Assembly: GCA_037139075.1 (NCBI GenBank)
Contig: JBAXHC010000001.1
Location: forward strand, 2,795 to 66,794
Length of the DNA stretch: 64,000 nt
Direction: 5' to 3'
From: Bacteroidota bacterium
GTDB taxonomy: Bacteria; Bacteroidota; Bacteroidia; Chitinophagales; Chitinophagaceae
The translations under genes and the position numbers were made by a program. The notes under the pieces were generated by a model. The model made no database searches, was not told the DNA's origin, and worked only from the letters and a program-made list of their open reading frames with translations. Shown here piece after piece: positions 1 through 8,633 of this stretch; position 1 is the first letter of the stretch, and each line of letters begins with the position of its first letter.

Positions 1-269
1 TTGATTGCTTTGGCATGGTGGCATCTAGTGCAACTATTTTTGTACTTAGAAAAAGAACGAAACATTTAGATGGCACTGGCATCTATAAAATGAAACTATT
101 TCCCATACTGCCACTGATTTTTATGGCGGCCTATACATTTGTAGGCATTAGTATCAGCATTCAAACTCCCAGTATTGCATTAATCGGAATTTCTGTATTA
201 GCAGTTTTTATGGCTATCTATTTTATAAGTCGCCTATTCACAAAAAATACCGAACTACCTAAAGCATAA
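1..269 (+). CDS. C-terminal end of an APC-family amino acid permease (5' truncated by the window edge)
   Basis: Hydrophobic helices flanking a basic loop (IFVLRKR...YKMKLFPILPLIF), typical of APC permease C-termini; the frame is open back to the window start. Confidence 0.6.
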   Translation, partial: DCFGMVASSATIFVLRKRTKHLDGTGIYKMKLFPILPLIFMAAYTFVGISISIQTPSIALIGISVLAVFMAIYFISRLFTKNTELPKA

Positions 270-274
270 TTACA

Positions 275-1447
275 ATGGAACTTTCCTATATCATTAATGA
301 GTTAGCAGAATCAAGAGAAGATTATTTCAGGGCCATTGCACCACCCATCATACAGACCAGCAATTTTGCATTTAAAACAGTGGATGATTTGCGAAAATCA
401 TTCGAGGATGAATATAGTACCTGGTTGTATAGCCGGGGATTAAACCCAACAGTTGAAATCCTTCGTAAAAAATTAGCCGCATTAGATGGTGCTGATGACT
501 GTTTGGTTTTTAATAGCGGCGCTGCAGCAATCTTTGCTTCTGTATTGGCTAATGTAAAAACTGGTGATCATATCTTAAGTGTTAAGAATCCATATACCTG
601 GGCTAAAAAAATGTTTGAGGAAATTCTTCCCAGATTTCAGGTAACACATTCATATATTGATGGAACCGCGATAGAAAATTTCGAAAACGCCATTCAGCCT
701 AATACGGCTGTGATTTATTTAGAATCGCCAAATAGCTGGACTTACAACCTGCAGGATTTAGAAGCAGTTGCAAAATTGGCAAAGAAGCATAGTATCATTA
801 CTATCTGTGATAATAGTTATTGTACCCCTCTTTTTCAAAAGCCAATTGAATTGGGGATTGATCTGGTGTTACAATCTGCCACCAAATACATAGGTGGTCA
901 TAGCGATACGGTAGCTGGAGTGTTAACTGGCGAAAAGAAAATGATCGAGCGAATTTTTAATAGTGAATACATGAATATAGGTTCAGGTATTCAACCATTT
1001 AATGCTTGGTTATTGATCCGAGGTTTAAGAACATTGGAAGCCAGATTAGAAAGGATTGACCGAACTACTCAAGCATTGATCCCTCTTTTAAAAGCCCATC
1101 CGAGAATTGAAAAAGTAATTTTTCCGCTCGATCCCGAATTTCCACAGTATGAATTAGCGAAAAAGCAAATGAAAGGTGCTTGTGGTTTATTAACTATCAT
1201 TATAAAAGCTAATGAATGTGCTACCATAGAAAAATTCTGCAACTCATTAAAGCATATTCTAATGGCAGTAAGCTGGGGCGGTCATGAATCCCTAGTTATC
1301 CCAAAATGTGCCGGAATGAAACCTGCTGAATTTGATGGAACAAATCCGGAGCATAGAATGCTTAGATTCTATTTTGGATTGGAGTCGGTAGAATACCTAA
1401 TGGAGGACCTTAATCAAGCTTTTTTGGCTATTGAACACCTTTCATAA
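275..1447 (+). CDS. PLP-dependent trans-sulfuration enzyme (cystathionine beta-lyase/gamma-synthase family)
   Basis: YSRGLNPT, FNSGAAAI, DNSY and SATKYIGGHSD (PLP lysine) motifs of the Cys/Met metabolism family. Confidence 0.9.
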   Translation: MELSYIINELAESREDYFRAIAPPIIQTSNFAFKTVDDLRKSFEDEYSTWLYSRGLNPTVEILRKKLAALDGADDCLVFNSGAAAIFASVLANVKTGDHILSVKNPYTWAKKMFEEILPRFQVTHSYIDGTAIENFENAIQPNTAVIYLESPNSWTYNLQDLEAVAKLAKKHSIITICDNSYCTPLFQKPIELGIDLVLQSATKYIGGHSDTVAGVLTGEKKMIERIFNSEYMNIGSGIQPFNAWLLIRGLRTLEARLERIDRTTQALIPLLKAHPRIEKVIFPLDPEFPQYELAKKQMKGACGLLTIIIKANECATIEKFCNSLKHILMAVSWGGHESLVIPKCAGMKPAEFDGTNPEHRMLRFYFGLESVEYLMEDLNQAFLAIEHLS

Positions 1448-1517
1448 GATTTTTTAGCTGTTTTAGTCTTATTCCTTTCCGTCTGTCTAATTTTTCTAGA
1501 CAAGAAGTTCTTTCGTG

Positions 1518-1525
1518 TATTTTTG
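1518..1525 (+). promoter_or_regulatory. Bacteroidota -7 promoter element (TATTTTTG) for the tolC-adaptor operon
   Basis: Exact TAnnTTTG match, 6 nt before ATG 1532. Confidence 0.5.
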
Positions 1526-1531
1526 TTTTAT

Positions 1532-2953
1532 ATGAAGAAGTTTTTGACCTTAATAGCTTTAACAGCTTCCCTTCATTCCTTCTCTCAGGAAAAGTGGGAT
1601 TTAAGAAAATGCGTTGATTATGCATTGCAGAATAATATTTCTGTGAAGCAGGCAGATGTGCAGGCACGTTTGTCGAAGTTATTGGCCGATCAGTCTAGGT
1701 TGACTCGTTTGCCCAATGCAAATGCAAGTGTTAGTACAACCTATCAGCATGGTTTAAACATCAACCCAACCACCAACGTCTTTGAAAACGTAGATATTTC
1801 GGGAGGTAATTTGGGTTTTCAATCGTCTTATACCATTTTCAACTGGTTTGCTCGTAAGAACAATATCGAGTCAAATGCTATCACAGCTAAAGCCGATGAG
1901 TTGAATATTGAAAGGACTAAGAATGATTTGGCATTGTCTGTTGCTAATGCATTTTTGCAGGTGATGTTAAGGCGAGAGCAAGCTAATGTAAGTGGCGTTC
2001 AATTAAAACAATCACAAGAGCAATTAAGAAATACGCGCAAGTTTGTGGAAGCTGGAAGTCAGCCTGAACTTAATGCAATTCAATTAGAAGCCCAGGTAGA
2101 AAGAGATAGTGCCACCTATATTCAGGCATTAGCTTCTGCCGAACAGGGTATTATTAACTTGAAAGCATTTATGAATTTTGATTTTGCTTCTCAGTTTGAT
2201 ATTGTGTATCCAGCTGTTGAAAGTATTCCTGTTGATAATATTTTAGATCTTCAACCTCAGGCTGTTTACGAGTTAGCTTTATTAAATCAACCTCAGCAAA
2301 AAGTTACAGCCTTACGTATTGAATCATCACAAAAATTAGTAGGAGCTGCTCGAGGATCTATGTATCCAACCCTTAGTGCATCGGGCTCATTGAATACCCG
2401 ATTTGCTAATAATGTATATGACTATAGAAGTCAAACTATACTTGGACCAACAAGCGCATATGCTTTGGATAATGCAAATAAGTATCCAGTATATGCTTAT
2501 CAAAATAGCATTACAGGAATTGATAAAGTAAGTTTAGGAAATCAGTTGAATAGATATTTTGGACAGGCGTTAGGATTGAATTTAAGTATCCCTTTATTCA
2601 ATGCACACCAAGCACGTACTCAGTGGGAGAGAGCAAAAATTAATGTTCGCCAAACACAATTACAAGACGATCAGGAAAAACAAACTTTAAGATCTAATGT
2701 ATTTATCTCTTATCAAGATGCCTTTTCAGCATTACAGAAATATAACTCTTCAAAGAAAAGTGTAGTTGTATCAGAGAAAGCGTTGGAATTTGCACAAAAG
2801 CGTTATGATGTTGGTTTATTAGGTACGCTTGATTTGATCACAACTAGAAACAATGTGTTTACTGCAAAGATTCAGGAATTAAGTAACCACTATGAATATG
2901 TATTTAAACTAAAAGTACTGGAGTTCTTCAAAGGCCAGGGCATTAGATTATAA
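1532..2953 (+). CDS. TolC-family outer membrane efflux protein
   Basis: Signal peptide MKKFLTLIALTASLHSFSQ; two OEP repeats (LRKCVDYALQNN; AQKRYDVGLLGTLD). ATG 1532 preferred over TTG 1523. Confidence 0.9.
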   Translation: MKKFLTLIALTASLHSFSQEKWDLRKCVDYALQNNISVKQADVQARLSKLLADQSRLTRLPNANASVSTTYQHGLNINPTTNVFENVDISGGNLGFQSSYTIFNWFARKNNIESNAITAKADELNIERTKNDLALSVANAFLQVMLRREQANVSGVQLKQSQEQLRNTRKFVEAGSQPELNAIQLEAQVERDSATYIQALASAEQGIINLKAFMNFDFASQFDIVYPAVESIPVDNILDLQPQAVYELALLNQPQQKVTALRIESSQKLVGAARGSMYPTLSASGSLNTRFANNVYDYRSQTILGPTSAYALDNANKYPVYAYQNSITGIDKVSLGNQLNRYFGQALGLNLSIPLFNAHQARTQWERAKINVRQTQLQDDQEKQTLRSNVFISYQDAFSALQKYNSSKKSVVVSEKALEFAQKRYDVGLLGTLDLITTRNNVFTAKIQELSNHYEYVFKLKVLEFFKGQGIRL

Positions 2954-2994
2954 AAGCAAACATCAAAATTAACACACAAGAAACACTGTTTTAT

Positions 2995-4362
2995 ATGAGT
3001 AAGAAATTGATTTGGATTATCGTAGCATTAGTTGTTGTAATTGGGGTATTAATCGGCCTCAAAAAGGGCGGCGTGATAGGTAAAGAAGAAGGTACAAAAG
3101 TAACTACTGAAAAAGCTATTAAGCGCACTATCATCGAGACTGTGAACGCAAGTGGTAAAGTATATCCAGAAGTGGAAGTAAAAGTAAGTCCGGATATTAG
3201 TGGTGAGATTACTGAACTTTATGTAAACGAAGGTGATACCGTTAAAAAGGGTCAGGTGTTAGCACGTATATATGCTGATATCTATTCTACTCAACGTGAT
3301 CAGGTTGCTGCAGGAGTTAACCAGGCGAAAGCTCAATTATCTAATTCAAATGCAAATTTGGTGGGATTAAAAGCTGTTTTGGATAATGCAAAAGCAGTGT
3401 ATGACCGTCAGAAAAAACTAGTTGATGATAAAGTTATTTCTCGCTCTGAATTTGAGCAGTCACAGCAAACCTATCTTTCTGCAATGGCATCTTATAATGC
3501 TGCAAAAGAAGGATTGAAAAGTGGAGAGGCAAGTATTCAGGGAGCTCAAGCGCAATTAAATAAAGCAGATAAGGACATGTCTCGTACTGTTATTACTGCG
3601 CCAATGGATGGTTTAATTAGTTTGATGAGTGTAAAAAAAGGAGAGCGTGTAGCTGGTAACAGTTTTAATGTGGGTACTGAAATGATGCGTATTTCAGATA
3701 TGAGAAGTATTGAAGTACGTGTGGATGTTGGTGAAAATGATATTCCAAAAGTAAAAATTGGAGATACTGCAATTGTTGAAGTTGATGCGTATACAAATAG
3801 AAAATTCAAAGGTGTAGTATATAAGATAGCGAACCCAAATACTGGTACTTCTCTTACTACCTCTTCAACTGATGTAACAAATTATAAAGTACATATTCGT
3901 TTATTGACATCATCATACGAAGATTTGATTACTCCTAAAAAGAGTTTTCCTTTCCGCCCGGGTATGAGTGCAAGTGCTGATATCCAAACTAAAACAAAAG
4001 CTAATGTTTTATCAGTTGCATTGAATGCTGTAACTACTCGTGATAAGAATGGTGATGCTAAAGCTAGTAGCACTGATAAAAAAGACGAAAAGAAAGCAGA
4101 TGACAATGCAGTAAAATCTGTAACTGCAAATGATGATATTGAAGAAGTGGTGTTCGTACTTCAAAAAGATAATACAGTTAAAAAGATCAAAGTTAGAACT
4201 GCTGTTCAGGACTTGAATAATATTGAAATTCTTGCAGGATTGAAAGAGGGAGATGAAGTTATTACTGGTCCATATACCATTGTAAGTAAAACTTTAAAAG
4301 ATGGTGCTAAAGTTATGGTAGTGGCAAAAGATAAATTATACGACGAAAAGAAGAAAGATTAA
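2995..4362 (+). CDS. Efflux periplasmic adaptor (MacA/HlyD-like membrane fusion protein)
   Basis: N-terminal anchor, lipoyl halves (VSPDISGEITELYVNEGDTVKKGQVL; ITAPMDG), coiled-coil hairpin, FRPGMSA. Confidence 0.9.
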   Translation: MSKKLIWIIVALVVVIGVLIGLKKGGVIGKEEGTKVTTEKAIKRTIIETVNASGKVYPEVEVKVSPDISGEITELYVNEGDTVKKGQVLARIYADIYSTQRDQVAAGVNQAKAQLSNSNANLVGLKAVLDNAKAVYDRQKKLVDDKVISRSEFEQSQQTYLSAMASYNAAKEGLKSGEASIQGAQAQLNKADKDMSRTVITAPMDGLISLMSVKKGERVAGNSFNVGTEMMRISDMRSIEVRVDVGENDIPKVKIGDTAIVEVDAYTNRKFKGVVYKIANPNTGTSLTTSSTDVTNYKVHIRLLTSSYEDLITPKKSFPFRPGMSASADIQTKTKANVLSVALNAVTTRDKNGDAKASSTDKKDEKKADDNAVKSVTANDDIEEVVFVLQKDNTVKKIKVRTAVQDLNNIEILAGLKEGDEVITGPYTIVSKTLKDGAKVMVVAKDKLYDEKKKD

Positions 4363-4384
4363 TTTTTTGAGGTAATCGATATAC

Positions 4385-4415
4385 AGCGACCCCAATTCGG
4401 GGTCGTTTGTTTTTT
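4385..4415 (+). terminator. Intrinsic terminator after the adaptor gene
   Basis: AGCGACCCC-aattc-GGGGTCGTT stem followed by a T-rich tract. Confidence 0.8.
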
Positions 4416-4430
4416 AATAACAGTCTTTCG

Positions 4431-4438
4431 TATCTTTG
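4431..4438 (+). promoter_or_regulatory. -7 promoter element (TATCTTTG) for gpsA
   Basis: Exact TAnnTTTG match just after the terminator, 21 nt before the ATG. Confidence 0.6.
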
Positions 4439-4459
4439 TAATGAAATAAAAAAGCATAA

Positions 4460-5464
4460 ATGCGGATTGGAATTATTGGAAGCGGAAGCTGGGCTACAGC
4501 ATTGGCAAAAATTTTAACCGATAATGGCAATTCAATTAATTGGTGGATCCGGAATGCCGATACCATTGAATTGATGAAGAAGAGAAAGCACAATCCGCAC
4601 TACTTAAGCGTTGCCTATTTCGATCCCTCTCAATTATTTTTAAGTAACAATATCACAGAAATTGTTGAAAAATCTGATACCCTTGTAATTGCCGTACCCT
4701 CTGCTTTTGTGTTAGCTGCATTGTCTTCCTTACCTAAAGACGCATTGAAGGGGAAACAAATTGTTTCTGCTATTAAAGGTATTTTGCCAGAAACCAATGA
4801 ACTTTTAAATGACTATCTCTTAAAAGAATTTAATGTTCCCATCGAAAAATATTTTTCTGTATTAGGGCCTTGTCATGCAGAAGAAGTAGCTGCTGAAAAA
4901 TTATCTTACCTAACTTTTTCTGGAGTCAATGAATCAAACGCATATAATATTGCTAGGTATTTTCAAACCGAATATTTGAATACAGTTGTGAATCATGATG
5001 TAATGGGTGTTCAATATGCAGCAGTTCTAAAAAACATTTATGCACTGGGTGCAGGGATTGCACATGGCTTGGATTATGGCGATAATTTTCTGAGCGTTTA
5101 TATAGCTAACAGTGCCAATGAAATGACAACATTCTTGAAATGTTTATTGCCTGCAAATAATAAAGAAAACCCAGAAATTAATTACAGTGCTTCTGTTTAT
5201 TTAGGAGATCTATTAGTTACCTGTTATTCTTTATACAGCAGAAACAGAACATTCGGAAATATGATTGGGAAAGGTTATTCTGTGAAAGCAGCGCAACTTG
5301 AATTGAGTATGATAGCAGAAGGGTACAATGCCAGTAAATGTATCGTAAAGACTAATGAAAAGATTCAAGCTGAGATTCCTATTGCATATACTATTTATCA
5401 GATTTTATGGGAACATTTATCTGCAGCTGAAGGATTTAAAAAAATTGAAGGGTATCTGTTTTAA
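4460..5464 (+). CDS. gpsA: NAD(P)H-dependent glycerol-3-phosphate dehydrogenase
   Basis: IIGSGSWATALA Rossmann motif; GPCHAEEV, LKNIYAL, GDLLVT, SRNRTFG, AEGY. Confidence 0.95.
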   Translation: MRIGIIGSGSWATALAKILTDNGNSINWWIRNADTIELMKKRKHNPHYLSVAYFDPSQLFLSNNITEIVEKSDTLVIAVPSAFVLAALSSLPKDALKGKQIVSAIKGILPETNELLNDYLLKEFNVPIEKYFSVLGPCHAEEVAAEKLSYLTFSGVNESNAYNIARYFQTEYLNTVVNHDVMGVQYAAVLKNIYALGAGIAHGLDYGDNFLSVYIANSANEMTTFLKCLLPANNKENPEINYSASVYLGDLLVTCYSLYSRNRTFGNMIGKGYSVKAAQLELSMIAEGYNASKCIVKTNEKIQAEIPIAYTIYQILWEHLSAAEGFKKIEGYLF

Positions 5465-6585
5465 ATAAAGAATAAGTCTGAAGCAATCCCATCTGCCATT
5501 AGCTTGCCAGCATTTGTTAAGATCAAGTTTTTATCCTTAAGAATCATATATCCTTGCAGGATTGGTTTCTGAGCTATTTCGATAATTTGATGCAATTCTT
5601 TTTCACTCCATTTTCGACTTACTGTTTCCAATGAAAGTCCTTCCATGGTGCGAAGACTAGTCATGATGTATTCATTGAGTTGTTCCATGGAACTGAGTAT
5701 TTCCAATTCAAAGGGCACTTGATCTTTTGCAAGACTTTGAATATACAATGCATTATTCGCAATATTCCATTGACGAGATCTGCCATTGAAAGAATGTGCT
5801 GAAGGACCTAGTCCTAAATAGTCTACACCATTCCAGTAATTACTATTGTGTTTACTTTTTTTTCCAGGCTTTGAAAAATTAGATATTTCATAATGATCAA
5901 ATCCCGCTTCTGCTAGCCATTGCATTAACAAACTAAAATGCCTCGCTTGTTTATCAGGATCAACTGCTTCTATTTTTTTTTGTTGAATCATTTTCTCGAG
6001 TCCGGTTTTCGGCTCAACCGTAAGTGCGTAACAAGAAATATGATCAATACCAAGAGACAGGGCTTTATCTACATTTTCTTTCCATGCTTCATCAGTTAAA
6101 GTTGGGGTGCCATAAATAAGGTCGATTGTGATATTATCAAAACCAGCATCTTTTGCCATTCTAATACAGGAATCTGCCTGTGATGCATTATGGGCTCTAT
6201 TCATCCATTGAAGATCTGCTTCGAAAAATGATTGAATCCCAATACTGAGTCGATTGATCCCCATTTTTTTCCAGGCCTCCAGTTTTTCTTCTTCAAAATC
6301 GTCGGGATTTGTTTCAATGGTTATTTCAGCATTTACTGCAATTTGATATTCTGATTGAAGTATTTCCATTACTTTTTGGAGCTGATGGATGGAAAGCAAA
6401 GAAGGAGTGCCGCCTCCAAAATATATAGTTTCTATCGGTTCAGACAAATAGTCCTTTTGTAAAACTGCTTCTTTCTCAATGGCAGCCATCATCGGTTCGA
6501 TCTGATGGTGCGTTGTTGAAAAATGAAAATTACAATAATGACAGGCTTTTCTGCAAAAAGGGATATGAATATAAATGCCTGCCAT
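5461..6585 (-). CDS. hemW: Radical SAM heme chaperone HemW (HemN-like)
   Basis: YIHIPFCRKACHYCNF radical SAM motif; YFGGGTPS, YEISNF, HNSNYW. Confidence 0.92.
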   Translation of the reverse strand: MAGIYIHIPFCRKACHYCNFHFSTTHHQIEPMMAAIEKEAVLQKDYLSEPIETIYFGGGTPSLLSIHQLQKVMEILQSEYQIAVNAEITIETNPDDFEEEKLEAWKKMGINRLSIGIQSFFEADLQWMNRAHNASQADSCIRMAKDAGFDNITIDLIYGTPTLTDEAWKENVDKALSLGIDHISCYALTVEPKTGLEKMIQQKKIEAVDPDKQARHFSLLMQWLAEAGFDHYEISNFSKPGKKSKHNSNYWNGVDYLGLGPSAHSFNGRSRQWNIANNALYIQSLAKDQVPFELEILSSMEQLNEYIMTSLRTMEGLSLETVSRKWSEKELHQIIEIAQKPILQGYMILKDKNLILTNAGKLMADGIASDLFFI

Positions 6586-6590
6586 AGCTA

Positions 6591-6598
6591 CAAAAGTA
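6591..6598 (-). promoter_or_regulatory. -7 promoter element (TACTTTTG on minus strand) for hemW
   Basis: Exact TAnnTTTG match, 5 nt before ATG 6585. Confidence 0.55.
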
Positions 6599-6697
6599 AA
6601 TGGTTCTGATTTGCTTACATAGAAAGGGAATATTTAAATTGTGAACTAATGGGTTAAATGCGTTCAGTTCAATATTTTTGCGCAAATATTTGTCGCC

Positions 6698-7723
6698 TTG
6701 AAGCAAATTCTTCTTTTACTCGTTTCGCTGTTTACTATCGGAATAGCTTTTGGGCAAACCGATACAATCAGTCAAACTGACTCAACTCAAAAAAAAATAA
6801 AGGCAATCCCTGAATCTACCCGAACATTAATTATTGCACCTGTTCAGAAAGACACTCAATCCATAGTTGCTGCTAATCCTATAACAATAGTAGAGGACAG
6901 TTTGAAAATAGATAGTATCAGAAAGGACAGCATTGCGCGAATGGCAGTAAAATATCCTATTGTTACCAATACCGATACCCTGACCTATGAAAAATATTAT
7001 ACTTCTGCCTGGCTGCCATTTGAAAAGACACCCGTTTTTGATATTATAGCTGAAAGAAAACCCTCAGGGAAAGAATTGTTATTTTATATCCTAACAGGCT
7101 TAGTAGCTTTATTGGCCGCTATCAGATTGATTTTTCCAAAGTACTTTAAGAATTTGTTTTTGCTATTTATGCAGACCTCCATTCGGCAAAAGCAAACCAG
7201 AGAACAGCTATTACAAAACAACCTTGCCTCTGTTTTTTTGAATATATTATCCATTGCAAGTGCCGGACTATATATAACCCTCCTCATTCAATATAAACAG
7301 TGGGTAGATCTTCCTTTTTATCATTTGTTGTTATATAGTGAAGGGTTTTTATTTATCGTTTACTTAGGAAAATATATTTTTCTTGCATTTTCGGGATGGG
7401 TATTTAATGTTCAAGAAGCAACAAGCGCATATTCTTTTATTGTTTTCATGGTAAATAAAGTATTAGGGATTGTTTTAATACCATTTGTGCTGGTGATTAC
7501 ATTCTCTCCATTGCCCATCAAACAGGTATCTATAACTATTTCCGCAGCGATTGTATTAGCACTTTTCTTTTACCGTTATTTGATTTCATTTGGAGTGATC
7601 AGAACAAATTTGAAAGTGAGCGCCTTTCACTTTTTCTTGTACCTTTGTGCTGTTGAACTACTTCCGCTCGTATTGATATATAAACTTTTAGTCAATTTTG
7701 CAACGGGAAGTATTTTATTATAA
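6698..7723 (+). CDS. DUF4271-like membrane protein with N-terminal signal peptide and stalk
   Basis: Signal peptide, ~100-aa polar stalk, several TM helices, C-terminal HFFLYLCAVELLP motif; directly upstream of a uroS-like gene. TTG start. Confidence 0.7.
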   Translation: MKQILLLLVSLFTIGIAFGQTDTISQTDSTQKKIKAIPESTRTLIIAPVQKDTQSIVAANPITIVEDSLKIDSIRKDSIARMAVKYPIVTNTDTLTYEKYYTSAWLPFEKTPVFDIIAERKPSGKELLFYILTGLVALLAAIRLIFPKYFKNLFLLFMQTSIRQKQTREQLLQNNLASVFLNILSIASAGLYITLLIQYKQWVDLPFYHLLLYSEGFLFIVYLGKYIFLAFSGWVFNVQEATSAYSFIVFMVNKVLGIVLIPFVLVITFSPLPIKQVSITISAAIVLALFFYRYLISFGVIRTNLKVSAFHFFLYLCAVELLPLVLIYKLLVNFATGSILL

Positions 7724-7745
7724 CCATTTTTTTTAGACTAGAAGC

Positions 7746-8543
7746 ATGGCAAAAAGCGGTTCAAAAATTTCAGGAACGACGAAGAAAGCTAGGAAGATTC
7801 TAATTTCTCAGCCCAAACCCGAAAGTGATAAATCACCTTATTTCGATTTAGAACGCAAGCACCAAGTTGAGTTAGTTTTTCTTCCTTTTATTAAGTTAGA
7901 GGGCATTCCAGCAAGAGAATTCCGGAAACAGAAAATCGATATTCTGTTTTATACAGCAGTTATTTTTACAAGTAGAAATGCAATTGACCATTTTTTTCGC
8001 ACTTGCGAAGAGATGAAGATTAGTATCGGTCAGGATACAAAATATTTCTGTATCACTGAGGCAGTTGCACTTTATCTACAAAAATTTATCTTATATAGAA
8101 AACGCAAAGTGTTTTATGGTGCTGATGGCACTAATAAAAGCATGTTTGAAGTGATTAATAAACATAAAGAGAATGAGAAATTCCTTTATGTATGTAGCGA
8201 AAACCAGCAGGATAACGAAATAGTTGGTTGGATGAAAAATAACAAATGCGAGTTTCAATTAGGATTTATGTATCGTAGTATCAGCAATGATATTAGACAT
8301 GTCATTGAAAAAATCGATTATGATGTGATCTGTTTCTTTACGCCAAGTGGTGTAAAAAGTTTGTTCGATAATATGCCTGATTTTAAACAAAATGGCACTG
8401 TTATTGGAGCTTTTGGAAGTAATACCTCAAAGGCAGTGGAAGAGGCAGGTTTGAATTTGGAAATTAAAGTTCCTTCCCCTCAAAGACCAAGCATGTGTGC
8501 TGCTTTAGATCATTTCTTGAGTACACCCACTCCAAAAAAATAG
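7746..8543 (+). CDS. hemD: Uroporphyrinogen-III synthase-like protein (Bacteroidota UroS/HemD type)
   Basis: ILISQPKP...SPYF, FTSRNAIDHFFR, KYFCITEAVALYLQKFI, FFTPSGVKSL motifs. Confidence 0.8.
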   Translation: MAKSGSKISGTTKKARKILISQPKPESDKSPYFDLERKHQVELVFLPFIKLEGIPAREFRKQKIDILFYTAVIFTSRNAIDHFFRTCEEMKISIGQDTKYFCITEAVALYLQKFILYRKRKVFYGADGTNKSMFEVINKHKENEKFLYVCSENQQDNEIVGWMKNNKCEFQLGFMYRSISNDIRHVIEKIDYDVICFFTPSGVKSLFDNMPDFKQNGTVIGAFGSNTSKAVEEAGLNLEIKVPSPQRPSMCAALDHFLSTPTPKK

Positions 8544-8566
8544 TATTCATTGATAACTTATTATAA

Positions 8567-8600
8567 CCCTCTCCATTAAACAGGAGGGGGATTTTTATTT
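8567..8600 (+). terminator. Probable intrinsic terminator after hemD/uroS
   Basis: CCCTCTCC-attaaaca-GGAGGGGG followed by atttttattt. Confidence 0.6.
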
Positions 8601-8633
8601 TAACTTGTTTATTTTGCCCTATAATTATAAAAA

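Noticed and set aside
4441-4449. ATG-AAA-TAA mini-ORF in the gpsA leader
   Set aside because: It lies within about 2 nt of the -7 element, probably upstream of or at the TSS, and is easily a chance event in A-rich DNA.
5973-6797. A9 runs in hemW (5973-5981) and DUF4271 (6789-6797) as recoding or phase-variation sites
   Set aside because: They are Lys-codon runs expected in AT-rich DNA, not at a meaningful domain boundary and without precedent. Noted only as background for the dnaX claim.
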